A DNA stretch of 64,000 nucleotides from a virus, in the IMG/VR virus record IMGVR_UViG_3300045988_010311, positions 1-64,000 of that record. One strand, given 5' to 3'. Both the position numbers and the translations under genes were made by a program. Below, piece by piece: positions 10,301 through 20,243 of this stretch; the first letter of the stretch is position 1, and each line of letters opens with the position of its first letter. The notes under the pieces are model-generated. The model did not search any database and had not been told where the DNA came from. It saw only the letters and a program-made list of their open reading frames with translations.

Positions 10301-11889
10301 GACCTCTTAAGGATAAGAATGACTTATCAACTGACTGTACATCAACTATGATAGCTTATGCTGCTATGGCTAATGACTACGCAGCTATGAATGACATCGT
10401 AGATGCTCTTGAGACAGGAAGAACTATACTCTCTGAGAGAAAGGTGGCACAAACCAGAGGCGGTAAGATTATGAGAGAGGTACTTAACAAAGTACCTAGT
10501 AATTTGACCAAGAAAGGAGATGTGGCTAACTTTATGAACAGGCTCAATGACTTCATGCTCATGCAAGTCTATGGTGAACAGATGAAGGATGAGGGTACTG
10601 TACTTGGAGTTGATGTTGGCAAGGCTGTCAATATGCTGAACAAGCTACAAAGCTATGGTACTACTGCCCTGTCAGTGCTTACTGGTACTGCTAACTTGGC
10701 ACAGAATGTTGTGTTAAGCAACATAGAGTCTATCTCTGGTCAGTTCTTCAATAAGTCTGAGCTTGCTAAGGCTGATTGGGAGTACACAAAGTTATTACCT
10801 CAATACCTGAGTGAGATTGGTAATAGAATACAGACTAGTAAGATGGCTCTCTTTGCAGAGAAGTTTAATGTTCTTCAAGACTATAAGCAGCATGTGAGAG
10901 GGGTTGACTGGGATAGAAAGACTTGGTTCTCAAGGTTCTTCAAGGAAGATACTCTATGGTTTACTACTAGTGCAGGAGACCACTACACTCAGATGAGAAC
11001 TGGTCTTGCTTTAGCTATGAGGTTGAAGTTACAGGACAAGGATGGTAAACCTATAAGTCTTTATGATGCTCTTGAAGTGAAGTATCTTGATGAGGCTCAT
11101 CCAGAGTATGGGGCTAACCTAGTAATTAAGGAAGGAGTAACTGACCAAGATGGTAAAGTTGTGGATAACAAGTACTTCACCAGTGTCACTAAGAAGATAA
11201 GAGGCATCAACAACAAGCTGTATGGTATCTATAACCAAGAGGATAAGAATGCTATGCAGTCCAGAGCAGTAGGCAGGCTGCTTATGATGTACAGGAACTG
11301 GATGAGACCACTATGGTTGAAGAGATATGGAGTTGAGAGATACAACTATGACACTGGTACTTTCGAGGAGGGCTATTACAGAACTTTGTGGAACTTTATG
11401 AATACTCTTAGGAAGGACTTGAAGGAGGGTGAGCTTGATATAGTGAAGCAATGGCACAATCTTAATGATGCCCAAAAGAGCAACATATATAGGAGTCTTG
11501 CTGAAATAGCTACATTCCTATCTCTTATGGGTATCATCGCAACACTCAAGGGCACACCAGATGATGATGAGAAGGATGACTGGTTGACTGAGTATATTAC
11601 TTATTCAATCATAAGGTTGAAAGCTGACCTAGGCTCTCTGATGCCTGGCCCAACTATGCTTGATGAAGGTCTAAGGTTGTTTGACAATCCATTTGCAGCA
11701 GTAAGGGTTCTTAAGAACACAAGACAGTTGCTCAATCTGTTTGACCCAGATGCCTGGACTACAGAGATAGACCAAGGTATCTATAAGGGATATACCCAAG
11801 TAGGGAAGATAATGTTACAACCTATACCATTTATCAGACAATTCCAGAACTTGCTTGACCCAGAGGAGCCAGCAAGATGGTATAAATAA
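7306..11889 (+). CDS. giant virion/ejected (cargo-type) protein with internal ADP-ribosyltransferase-like (ART-PolyVal-like) segment
   Basis: 1527-aa ORF starting 9 nt after the vRNAP stop. An ART-like motif block lies at nt ~7960-8610, and there is a C-terminal hydrophobic helix (IATFLSLMGIIATL). A shared terminator follows. Confidence 0.6.
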   Translation: MSTSCVLHPRLSNGEKSPLFSRLKDFLGDRKSAEDVYYRVINPAFRGAFPNVRFDHNGEPLLEDLITQCGIGHDKSDEEMLDYLNSEYGTEPVPKTVQSVIELQNRAASFNISSPLNRRYSAELTSSGHDVSMEIVTATGKERSLGRQQRFNAELNNQLVKLLNSWGADVAALTELEEASNVNGVMDLSAGINAATGLKEVIRISKRHKWSNTPAKQSVLTEEEQRILKSAPRNSKGQLLAPNGKVSNLTEKQYAQVRTKAFKEWFGDWENNPSEASKVVDENGEPLVVYHYTDNEGLTKFSTEFDNYFSKAGGTKKAIFFTTDNVEPGSEDNFLTSRKAKLSVFLNIKNLETFNGTKDDLHKQGTSYREVVNKSSEREGSENGIVFTGFDDNRKENQTIYIVHNSNQIKSATDNIGTFSRTDDNIIDDTYDSNILAEEWGHFVVDAVKDSPLRDRMLNSLKNEEVLQRVLGSEYDRYNEVYKGDIDLMAKEALGKMMAQVLNNYDTEAPNDRLFERYKKNVLDFFSKRDADEIDEIINKVREQVYEFTTNAFNGKYQLDISSRDYNKRLFNLGNDVSRDYNILKRIIQQEKKRLAIYGKGAKATAREREEKKGSFDEKQKLFINKLSNDLENHRELEGIYAYLTEAVRMLRQLSDKLDAVHSSQTSWKDKFSALRSIRDYMSSYGSIMEELRQEMYKAKQEGDMRFKEKLQESLDEFSGLLARLGSDWAEVSKDEFARFLTPFEGESISMFIRGERKQYNIRELLDYIEKDISIVERWTDAMADSTDPILRIYDSLVKDQKNKARYNTINNEKEILMHSKKLEDAGIGNTDFMYEKTSDGKITGNFVTRYNWGDYFVALSKYAKSLPQDMDREEKSILISRWKRANTDRNGNPIEKYYNPQYDAIQRNAAMKEYYDFMINLKRSLDYRLPARYVRFNKAPQIRRDFLERVMGRGNKFQYLWESFKDNLVRREDDTEFAYARQDFEGNQIYNLPIYYTRPLKDKNDLSTDCTSTMIAYAAMANDYAAMNDIVDALETGRTILSERKVAQTRGGKIMREVLNKVPSNLTKKGDVANFMNRLNDFMLMQVYGEQMKDEGTVLGVDVGKAVNMLNKLQSYGTTALSVLTGTANLAQNVVLSNIESISGQFFNKSELAKADWEYTKLLPQYLSEIGNRIQTSKMALFAEKFNVLQDYKQHVRGVDWDRKTWFSRFFKEDTLWFTTSAGDHYTQMRTGLALAMRLKLQDKDGKPISLYDALEVKYLDEAHPEYGANLVIKEGVTDQDGKVVDNKYFTSVTKKIRGINNKLYGIYNQEDKNAMQSRAVGRLLMMYRNWMRPLWLKRYGVERYNYDTGTFEEGYYRTLWNFMNTLRKDLKEGELDIVKQWHNLNDAQKSNIYRSLAEIATFLSLMGIIATLKGTPDDDEKDDWLTEYITYSIIRLKADLGSLMPGPTMLDEGLRLFDNPFAAVRVLKNTRQLLNLFDPDAWTTEIDQGIYKGYTQVGKIMLQPIPFIRQFQNLLDPEEPARWYK

Positions 11890-11890
11890 C

Positions 11891-11930
11891 AAAATAGGGA
11901 GAGTAGAAATACTCTCCCTATTTTTTTTTT
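11891..11930. terminator. bidirectional intrinsic terminator between convergent modules
   Basis: AAAA-TAGGGAGAGTA-GAAA-TACTCTCCCTA-TTTTTTTTTT: an 11-bp stem with a GAAA loop, flanked by an A-run and a T-run. It sits between the stop at 11889 (+) and the stop at 11943 (-). Confidence 0.85.
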
Positions 11931-11942
11931 ACTATCACGAGA

Positions 11943-14900
11943 TTACTTACATGACATAATGAATGACTCTCTATAGTTAGCATCAGTGCCATCCCAATAC
12001 TCTTGTATAGCTTTTTCTTCCATACCCTCAAACATGGGGCTTACTATAGCTTTCTCAGCATCAGTCATTTCTCCCCACTTCTTTCTAGCGAGCTGACTTC
12101 TACCAAGGGCAGTACTTGTGTTTATATCTACAGTAACTTTCTCATCTTTCTCTCTCTTGTTTATAGCTTCCTGATTAGGAGCTTGTTGAGTGGGAGTAGT
12201 AGGCTTTAAGCTGTTTAATCTGTCAAGTGCATCAAGACCTCTCTTCATTCTATCATCAGGCTTAGGAGTTTCTTTAGGGGCCTCCTTAAGCTCTATTGAA
12301 TTACCATAAGGACTATTCTCCAATGGTGTAGAACTCATAGCATCCTGTATAGCAGCAGCTACATTATCAGCTTGTATGAAGTCCATGATATTATTTCTAG
12401 TCCTTCCTACCTCATCAGATACTAATGATGAGTCTATAGTCATTGACCTGCCATTAGGTAGTATTAACTTATAACCATCACCTACTTTAGCTAGATAGAA
12501 TGTCTGACCATTCTTAGTAGTGAACAACACTTGCATATCTGCTTGATGATATTCTGGCTTTCCCTTACCCATAGTAACATACTGACCCTTTACAGTTCTA
12601 AGTGATGTTGGTGACTGACTTGCTGGTGCTTCATCAGTTTTCTCAAATACACCACTCTGGTATGTCAAAGGTACATAGTCCTCTGGGTTTATCCTAGCTA
12701 TGCCTCCATTCTTCTCTCTACTGTATTTGAGTTGGAATGGTACTATAACCAGATTAGATACTTGAACACCAAAGCTATCCTCAAACAACTTAGCATAGGC
12801 ACTTAACTGTAGAGTATATTGGTCTTTGTTACTCCTAGTAAAGTATCTAGGGTTCTCAACTCTTGAGAAATCAGAGTTCTTAGTAGAGTACTTACTTGTC
12901 TTGAAGTCAAAGATACTTATCTCACCTGTGCTAGGATTATAAGCAAATACATCAAGTTCTCCTGCTATTCTTCTGCCATCAGAGTACTTATGGAATACTA
13001 CAGTCCTGTCAGTAACTAGCTTGAGACCTCTTCTATTTGCATCATCCCTGAACTTACCTAGCCCTCTCTTCAAAGCACCAAAGGCTTCATCAGACATACC
13101 CTCAGGCTTAGTTACATTAGTAGGGTCACTCAAGAATTGCCTTGCTACTTCATCTACTAAAGAACCTCTGCTTGTAGCGGCATCTCCTCTGCTTGGTCCT
13201 ATATAGTTAGAACCTATTATAGAGTGTACTCTTTGATACGCATGGTATTGGCCATCTTCCTCCTTAATCATGTAAAAACCACTGGAGGTATCTGGATTAC
13301 CATTGTCATCTCTAAGTACAAGCTTCTGAAAGGCTTGAAGGGACTTTACAGCAGAGGCTGATAGGGATGCCTTGCTCTTTCTACCTTCAAGAGTGGCTTC
13401 TAATTCTTCTACCTCTTGGGGAGATAGGTATTTGTTAGTAGCTCTGTTATAACCTCTCTTACCATACTTATCTACTATAAGTACCTTACCATTATGTTGA
13501 TTGACACCAAAGTAGCTAGTACCATAAGCAGAATTTATATAAGCAAGGTCTTTAACTTGTTGGGCATTATCACCAAGGTCTACTATAGAACCAGACTGGT
13601 CAAATATGATACCATTCCTTACAAAGTATTCCTTACCACCATACTGTACTCTAGTACCTCCCTTGGCTTGTTGTGATGCCTTAGCTCTCTCAAATGCACT
13701 ATCAGTATGAGTAGTGTTGGGTCTTTCATTCAGTAAGAACCAAGTACCTTGCATTCTCTTACCAGTAAGATAAGTAGCAAGTACATTACTGTCCCTTAAT
13801 CTATTAGCATACTCTTGACCTTTCTTGCCAGTTAGCTTCCTAGCATTAACATTGAAAGCAAGGTTAGCTTCGTAGAAGGCATCAAGCACTTGATTATATA
13901 CTTCCTCTACAGGTGCTGTATAAGGTTCAGATGCTTGTGTAGTACCAGCTCCTACATTAAGAAGTGACTTCTTTGCAAACCTCTTTAACAATATATTCCT
14001 GTTCTGTCTCTTACCATCCCTATCAGCAAAAGCTATCTGTAATGATACATCATTAGCCCTACTTATTATATTGATGTGGAAACTATCTGGTATATATAGT
14101 AACTCTATCAAGTCCATATATACATTGTCAAGAGCCTCATCAAATCCCCTCTCAAGATTGGCTATACCAGCCAAGTCATTAAAGGCTTTCTTTAAGTCAT
14201 TAGCTATAGGATTATTCTGTGTGGCTAAATCAAACTCAGTCTTATTCAGGTGTCTTATATAGACCTTCTTAGGACTAAGAGTACCTTTACTGTTAGGTAG
14301 AAGTATATATACCTTACCATCAGAGTTGGCCTCATCAAACACTGGCTCTACAAAGGTATCTGTATTAGCTTCCATAGACCTGTTCTTCATAACACCTATA
14401 GTAGCATCATCAGTACCTAGTAGGTCTCCAACTGATTGAGTCTTACTAATGTCATAGCCATACTGGCCACTCATTATCTTAGACACTCTTACTGTTGGAT
14501 TATTTGAAGCAGCTTTAGTACTACTGGAGGCTTCTTTAGCAGTTTTAGTAACAGTCCTCTGAACTCCGCCATTAGATTCAATAGACTCTAAAATACGACT
14601 ATCAATCACCCTCTCTTGACCATTATACTTGATAATAATGTCTTTCCCAGAGATTGCTGTTACAGTGGCTATTCCTCCTCCGATACCTCTAGGCATAATG
14701 AAGTTATCACCTACTCTTAAATCACTTATATTTACTAGGTCTCTTTCTACTTCAACTTCATACTCACCTTGCATACCTATAGCGGTAGCTGTTATAGTTT
14801 CCTTATATCCTGATTGTGCAGCCTTCTTAGCCTTATCCTTTATCTCTTTAACACCTTCAATAGCCTCATCAGTATTCATGTAGTTTACTAATGTGCCTTT

Positions 14901-17900
14901 ATGATAGAGTGCCAGTAACTCGGGATGCTCATCTGTAGCAGGCTCATATCTCACTTCAAGCTCATCACCTTCCTTTATATTACCCTCATTAACATAGTCA
15001 AAGGCATTCTTACCAGTCTTAGGGTCTACTTCCTTTAACTTGCTATATACATAAGAGTAACCTTGATTCCTGCTATCACCAACAAAGTCAATCAATACTC
15101 CATCCCTCTTTGCATCTAAGTCAAACTGTGGTATGACTGCCTTAAGAACTCCTGTTACTGCTGTAGGTTGATACTTACTTACCTCAGCCTCAGCTTCTCT
15201 TAATATCTCTTCTGGACTTGAAGGATTAAATGTATCAGGTTTAGACAACTCTCTTACTATGTTAATTATATCTGCCACTGAGTCATTACCAACCATAGCA
15301 GAGAGAGCATTGACCCTTCTTTGTGTCTGTCTTATAAGCCTGGGGTCTTTAGACTTATTAAGTTGCTCAATGTCTTTAACTATCTGATTAGTCAGTGCTT
15401 TAGCTTCTGTCTTAGTCTCTGGTGCTATATTGAGCTTATCAATCTTGCTAATAGCCTCCTCAGCACCGAAAGGCTTACTAACAGGTGGCTGGGCTACATC
15501 ATCCTTACCTACATTGTCAGGTCTCGTTGTTCCAGTCTTCTTGGCTTCAACATCCTGCTTCTGGCTATTACCACTGTTAACCTTATCCCTTGCTGACTTT
15601 AGTATCTCATTGAACTCACTCTCAAGAGTCTCTTGAGCTTTCTCATCCCAAGTTGTTGCTTCAAGCGGAAGCTCTGTTACCAATGCCTCATTACTCAAAT
15701 CATCATAGGTAGCATTCTCATTGAATCTCCTGTCAAGCATATCAAGAAGTTCAGACTTATGCTCACTATCAGAGCTATTGATGAACTCAGTAGCTTTCTT
15801 CTTGAATAGTGATGCTTTCTTATAGCTCCTAGCTGCGTCTGAGTTACTGCTATCCAAGTCATCCAGTGTAGCCTCACCATTGTTTATAAGTGCTTCTACT
15901 TCTTGGAAGTTAGCAGTCTTGTTCAGTGCCTCAACTTGCTTGGCTCTTGTTATTTCTGCATCCTTGTCAATGTTCTGCTTGTCAGCCTCTGCATGGTCTT
16001 CCTCCTGCTTCTTAGGATTGAAGAGATACTCAGCAAACTTATCCTGATATATCTTTGAAGCATTACCTATCCTTAATAGGTCATCAAGCTTCTTTATTAC
16101 ACTCTCCTTATCATTGGCACTAAGTACATCATTGCCAAGTTTATTAACCTGTTCCTTTAGTCCCTCAAGTATATTAGGATTTTGAGCAAGAGTAGCAGCC
16201 ATAGCATCATTATCAAGACTTCTGATAAAGTTAAGATTATCTATAGCTTTTGTTATGGATTGTATAAGCCTGTCTGCCCTTCTATAGTTCTCACTAAGGT
16301 CTGCATGAGCTGCACCTTCATGTGTTCTGATAGCCTCAGAAGCTTTCAGTTGAGAGTCAAGTCTGCCTATCACATCTCCTATGACATCTTTAACTTGGCC
16401 AGACATCTCACCAGCCCTCTTAGCCCAGTTGCTAAGTTGGGTCTGCATCCAAGTAAGTTCATCAAGCTGCTCATCAGTAAACCTCTGACCAGTCTCTTTA
16501 TCAAGCTTGTTTCTAGTCTTTACATACTCATCTATAGTACCTAGTATCTCGTCCTTTTGCTTTGTAAGCTCAGCAATCATATCCTCTTTACCCATAGGAT
16601 TACCGTTCTTATCTATGAATGGTCCCACTTTGACTTCCTTACCCTCCTTATTGATAGTAGTGGTAGTGTTGTCTATGATTGATTGAAGATTTTCATCAGA
16701 AGTATCATAGGCAGAGTCTATAAGAGTCATAAGGTCATCAAGCTTACCTGCTTTTGAGAACATTGTTATATCTGATATAAGCTGTGCATGTTCTGCATTC
16801 TTATAGTCAAATTCATCGTCTCTAAGAGTAGCACCATTCATATCATTCTGATACTTGTTATGCCTTATGAGACCCTGGTAGTAGTTTTTGAACTCAGGAG
16901 AGTTTACTCTCTCATTCATGTGATTAGCAATAGCCTGGTTTCTATCAACCTCTTGCTCTACCTTCTCCTTCAACTCCTTCCACTTTGAGAACATGTTCTC
17001 TTCTAGTACTATAGGGTTTTGAAGCTTTCCATCTTCATTCCTTATACCTCTGAATCTAGGCATGCCCATAAGGCCAGTAAGACCTCCAATAAAGAATTGC
17101 TCCCAAGTAGAGCCTTCTCCTAGTGTTCTACCTAAAGTTTCACCAAATGATTTAGTCCAGCTTAATGTCTCCTGTGCAGCATTAGGGTCTTGAAGAGACC
17201 TGTAGAAGTTATTAACATCAGTAGCATAGTAGTGCTGTGACCAGTCAGTAGCTATCTGTTGTTCAACCTCTTCAAAACCTTCAGATAAACCACCTCCAAG
17301 TATTTTACCTGCTCTAGCTGCCTTACTTAGACCTTCGGCCCTATATTTGCCTATATCTCCTACTATATCAGCAGTTCTCCTAGCAGTATTATAACCTCTT
17401 GAGTATAGTTTTCCAAACTGATAGAAGTTTGATGCAGTTAGTATAGGTATGTTCATAAGTAGGGTAGCATTACCTACCTTAGCTTTATCCTCTTCCAGTT
17501 TAGCCAGTGCCTGATTATAGTTGTTTCTCTCCTTCTCAATAGCTTCCTTATACTTTGCATAAGCAGGGTCAATATAACTACCATCAACTGACCTCTGTAA
17601 TGCTTTACCTTTACTAGCCTCATACTCAGCTTGAATAGCAGCTATTCTTTGTCTAAACTCACCATCAATGGCTGGCTTGTACTTCTCCTCAAACTCATTA
17701 GCAGCATTAAGGGCTTCTATACTTCCTTCATTGACAGCAGATATAACTGAACCTACACCAGAAGTTACCATAGCAGTAGCTTTACTTCCTGCCTTTACAG
17801 CTTGCATTATAGCACCCAGTCCCTTTGAGTATATACCACCAGAGTAGAATGCACCTACAGTAAAGCCTATGTTCTTTATAAACTTATCTCCCCAGAAGTT

Positions 17901-18443
17901 GGCTGTAAATAGATTAGCGTACCAAGGTCGATTAAGTTCATCCTGTGTATAATAGTTTGGTAGTACTTCTTCCGCTCTTTTATTGAAGGAATCCATAGCC
18001 CTTGAGAAATCATTATCCCATATTCCTGACAAAAAGCCTGTCTTAGGGTCATTATCAGCCAAGTTAGAAACGCCAGTACCTATACCCAAAGCTAGCCCTA
18101 AAGTACCATTAAGGAATGTAGTTCCTGCAAGTACTGCACCCTTAGCAAGACCTGCTCCTATCTTAGCATACCAAGGCTGGTTCTCAGCTCTTATATCTCC
18201 TAATTCCTGAAACTGTGCCTCAGTTGCAGTAGGCTCATCAAACATACTCTCACCCCAAGGTGTAGCAGTTCCAGCTAAGGAACTACTAACCATTTGGGGA
18301 GCCTGTCTATTTATATCATACTGTGATATAGTTTGAGGTCTTACAGCTGTGAAGGGGTCATTGTTTGCATCTTGAAGCTGTCTAAAGGTCATTGGACCAC
18401 TCTTAGTAATATCTATATCCTTTACTTTAGTTTCTTTTGCCAT
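11943..18443 (-). CDS. giant ejected/internal virion protein with C-terminal PD-(D/E)xK (RecB/Cas4-like) nuclease domain
   Basis: 2166-aa ORF with N-terminal Gly-rich hydrophobic helices and a long charged coiled-coil middle. Nuclease motifs are GELDVFAY...ISIFDFKTSK...YTLQLSAYAKLF (nt ~12780-12975). Confidence 0.6.
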   Translation of the reverse strand: MAKETKVKDIDITKSGPMTFRQLQDANNDPFTAVRPQTISQYDINRQAPQMVSSSLAGTATPWGESMFDEPTATEAQFQELGDIRAENQPWYAKIGAGLAKGAVLAGTTFLNGTLGLALGIGTGVSNLADNDPKTGFLSGIWDNDFSRAMDSFNKRAEEVLPNYYTQDELNRPWYANLFTANFWGDKFIKNIGFTVGAFYSGGIYSKGLGAIMQAVKAGSKATAMVTSGVGSVISAVNEGSIEALNAANEFEEKYKPAIDGEFRQRIAAIQAEYEASKGKALQRSVDGSYIDPAYAKYKEAIEKERNNYNQALAKLEEDKAKVGNATLLMNIPILTASNFYQFGKLYSRGYNTARRTADIVGDIGKYRAEGLSKAARAGKILGGGLSEGFEEVEQQIATDWSQHYYATDVNNFYRSLQDPNAAQETLSWTKSFGETLGRTLGEGSTWEQFFIGGLTGLMGMPRFRGIRNEDGKLQNPIVLEENMFSKWKELKEKVEQEVDRNQAIANHMNERVNSPEFKNYYQGLIRHNKYQNDMNGATLRDDEFDYKNAEHAQLISDITMFSKAGKLDDLMTLIDSAYDTSDENLQSIIDNTTTTINKEGKEVKVGPFIDKNGNPMGKEDMIAELTKQKDEILGTIDEYVKTRNKLDKETGQRFTDEQLDELTWMQTQLSNWAKRAGEMSGQVKDVIGDVIGRLDSQLKASEAIRTHEGAAHADLSENYRRADRLIQSITKAIDNLNFIRSLDNDAMAATLAQNPNILEGLKEQVNKLGNDVLSANDKESVIKKLDDLLRIGNASKIYQDKFAEYLFNPKKQEEDHAEADKQNIDKDAEITRAKQVEALNKTANFQEVEALINNGEATLDDLDSSNSDAARSYKKASLFKKKATEFINSSDSEHKSELLDMLDRRFNENATYDDLSNEALVTELPLEATTWDEKAQETLESEFNEILKSARDKVNSGNSQKQDVEAKKTGTTRPDNVGKDDVAQPPVSKPFGAEEAISKIDKLNIAPETKTEAKALTNQIVKDIEQLNKSKDPRLIRQTQRRVNALSAMVGNDSVADIINIVRELSKPDTFNPSSPEEILREAEAEVSKYQPTAVTGVLKAVIPQFDLDAKRDGVLIDFVGDSRNQGYSYVYSKLKEVDPKTGKNAFDYVNEGNIKEGDELEVRYEPATDEHPELLALYHKGTLVNYMNTDEAIEGVKEIKDKAKKAAQSGYKETITATAIGMQGEYEVEVERDLVNISDLRVGDNFIMPRGIGGGIATVTAISGKDIIIKYNGQERVIDSRILESIESNGGVQRTVTKTAKEASSSTKAASNNPTVRVSKIMSGQYGYDISKTQSVGDLLGTDDATIGVMKNRSMEANTDTFVEPVFDEANSDGKVYILLPNSKGTLSPKKVYIRHLNKTEFDLATQNNPIANDLKKAFNDLAGIANLERGFDEALDNVYMDLIELLYIPDSFHINIISRANDVSLQIAFADRDGKRQNRNILLKRFAKKSLLNVGAGTTQASEPYTAPVEEVYNQVLDAFYEANLAFNVNARKLTGKKGQEYANRLRDSNVLATYLTGKRMQGTWFLLNERPNTTHTDSAFERAKASQQAKGGTRVQYGGKEYFVRNGIIFDQSGSIVDLGDNAQQVKDLAYINSAYGTSYFGVNQHNGKVLIVDKYGKRGYNRATNKYLSPQEVEELEATLEGRKSKASLSASAVKSLQAFQKLVLRDDNGNPDTSSGFYMIKEEDGQYHAYQRVHSIIGSNYIGPSRGDAATSRGSLVDEVARQFLSDPTNVTKPEGMSDEAFGALKRGLGKFRDDANRRGLKLVTDRTVVFHKYSDGRRIAGELDVFAYNPSTGEISIFDFKTSKYSTKNSDFSRVENPRYFTRSNKDQYTLQLSAYAKLFEDSFGVQVSNLVIVPFQLKYSREKNGGIARINPEDYVPLTYQSGVFEKTDEAPASQSPTSLRTVKGQYVTMGKGKPEYHQADMQVLFTTKNGQTFYLAKVGDGYKLILPNGRSMTIDSSLVSDEVGRTRNNIMDFIQADNVAAAIQDAMSSTPLENSPYGNSIELKEAPKETPKPDDRMKRGLDALDRLNSLKPTTPTQQAPNQEAINKREKDEKVTVDINTSTALGRSQLARKKWGEMTDAEKAIVSPMFEGMEEKAIQEYWDGTDANYRESFIMSCK

Positions 18444-18446
18444 ATC

Positions 18447-20243
18447 TTAATACCCATAAGGATTAAACTCTTGTTCTTTTGTCTTATTCTGTACTCCTAA
18501 CTGAGAGTGGAATAAGTAAGATTCTTGGATAGTTCTGTTGTATTCATTTTGGACTTGCTCAGGAGTAGCAGTTATAGTTGTACCTATAGGTATGTTATTC
18601 AATCTTGCATAATCATCAGGTATTCTTATTCTACCCCCACTCCTGTTGTTTTGTAATACCTCAGCCCACTTCATTCTTGCATCCCTATTTTGCTCATTAG
18701 TTGTATTGATGCCCGCAGGCATTCTATATCTTCTCACATTGCCCTTGTCATCTTGTATCATTACAGTAGCACCATAAGGACTAAACCTTGTAGCAGTTAC
18801 TTTGTACTTATTACTCTTCAAGTCTTCCATAGTAATTTCCTCACCTGTATCCTTGAATTCCCTAGACTTGCTATCATAATCTACCTCTTTGAGGCTTAAT
18901 CCTCTACCAGCAGTCATAATAGCATCCTTCATATCACCCTGTTGAGCACCTGCAACAGGATAGTCAAATTCAGTAGCCATTGTAGCATCATACTTTGCAG
19001 TTTTTGCTGCTGGAGAGGCATATACATATTTACTCCAGACATTACCAAAGTTTCCAGGCTGCCAATTTCCGTTAGTTACTTTAGCTGCACCTATACTATC
19101 CATAAACTTTCTAAATTCAGATGCACTTTCTTTTCCATTAGAGGATGCGACTCTGATTGTAGTTCCTTCAGGGGTGGTCATAACTTTACCAGCTACTTCC
19201 CCATAATTTTTTCTATTATATTCTTTCCATCCTGCTTGGTTCATCCTCATTTGTCCATGACTGTCTTTATAGAAGTACTTAGAAAAATTCTCAATATTAT
19301 CCTTATACTTCTTTTCATCTTTACTCAACTCTCTATTACTATAGATATTCAGAGGATTGATAGCAAGATTATTCAGTTGAGCCTGTTCAGCAGCTCTCTT
19401 CTGCATAGCCTCTTGAGCAGCAAGTTTAGCACCATAGTCCTCATAGGTAGATACATTAGTCTGACCTATAGCACTCCACAATCCTTGTCTAGCATAGTTA
19501 TATGCCTTATCCATAGTAGGTTGGTCTGCCCAACTAGCCATATCTGATGAACCCATTACTTGTTCTACTATAGCATTAAGTACTGGCTGTGACTGTGCCC
19601 TATTAGGGTTACTGATAGCATCAAGAACTTGGTCTCTTGTAAATCCATGCTGTTGTAGGAATGTCTTAGTATAGGCATCAAGTTTTTTACCATTACCATA
19701 GTTATAGAGTTCCTTAGCTAAGTTATCAGCAGCTTGTGATACTTGCTGTGTAAGTAAAGCACCTGAATATCTCTCCCCATAGTCATAGTCTGGATTCTCC
19801 AAGAACCTATCCAATGAGCTTTCATAGCTCATAGAGTTCATGTCTCTCTGGAACATCAGAGTAGGATTCTGTAGTAGAGCCTTTCTCTGCTCATCTGCCA
19901 GTTCTCTTCTTCTAGTGATGGCATTCTGTATAGGAGTTATGTCCTTTGCATATCTGCTTTTAAGGTCAAGAAGGGATTGTCTAGAACCAGGAGTCAGACC
20001 ATTCTTAGCTAAAGCATCTGCTTGAGTTCTTAATGCTGATTCATAAGCCTTATATCTCTGATAGGTTACTGGGTCATTAGCCTCATTGGCCAGCGAGCCT
20101 ATAGCATTAGCTTGGGAATCTAACTCACTATATGCTTCCTCTACTGCTTGGTGGGCTTGAGTAGCCATTAACACAGGAGCAAGCATCTCTTGATAAGAGA
20201 AAGGTCTAAAGTTAGTTTGATTAGTATATGCAAAATTAGGCAT
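18447..20243 (-). CDS. crAss-like virion-module protein, function unknown (598 aa)
   Basis: Long ATG-initiated ORF. Its stop is 3 nt from the next gene start, and it overlaps the upstream gene by 8 nt, so they form one operon. Confidence 0.6.
   Translation of the reverse strand: MPNFAYTNQTNFRPFSYQEMLAPVLMATQAHQAVEEAYSELDSQANAIGSLANEANDPVTYQRYKAYESALRTQADALAKNGLTPGSRQSLLDLKSRYAKDITPIQNAITRRRELADEQRKALLQNPTLMFQRDMNSMSYESSLDRFLENPDYDYGERYSGALLTQQVSQAADNLAKELYNYGNGKKLDAYTKTFLQQHGFTRDQVLDAISNPNRAQSQPVLNAIVEQVMGSSDMASWADQPTMDKAYNYARQGLWSAIGQTNVSTYEDYGAKLAAQEAMQKRAAEQAQLNNLAINPLNIYSNRELSKDEKKYKDNIENFSKYFYKDSHGQMRMNQAGWKEYNRKNYGEVAGKVMTTPEGTTIRVASSNGKESASEFRKFMDSIGAAKVTNGNWQPGNFGNVWSKYVYASPAAKTAKYDATMATEFDYPVAGAQQGDMKDAIMTAGRGLSLKEVDYDSKSREFKDTGEEITMEDLKSNKYKVTATRFSPYGATVMIQDDKGNVRRYRMPAGINTTNEQNRDARMKWAEVLQNNRSGGRIRIPDDYARLNNIPIGTTITATPEQVQNEYNRTIQESYLFHSQLGVQNKTKEQEFNPYGY

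Noticed and set aside
18942-19547. A 201-aa plus-strand ORF inside the 598-aa gene. Similar antisense ORFs occur at 43560-43994, 47434-47958, 52011-52538 and 35984-36766.
   Set aside because: These are shadow ORFs opposite well-supported long genes. Their composition is that of reverse-complemented coding sequence, and some start with alternative codons.
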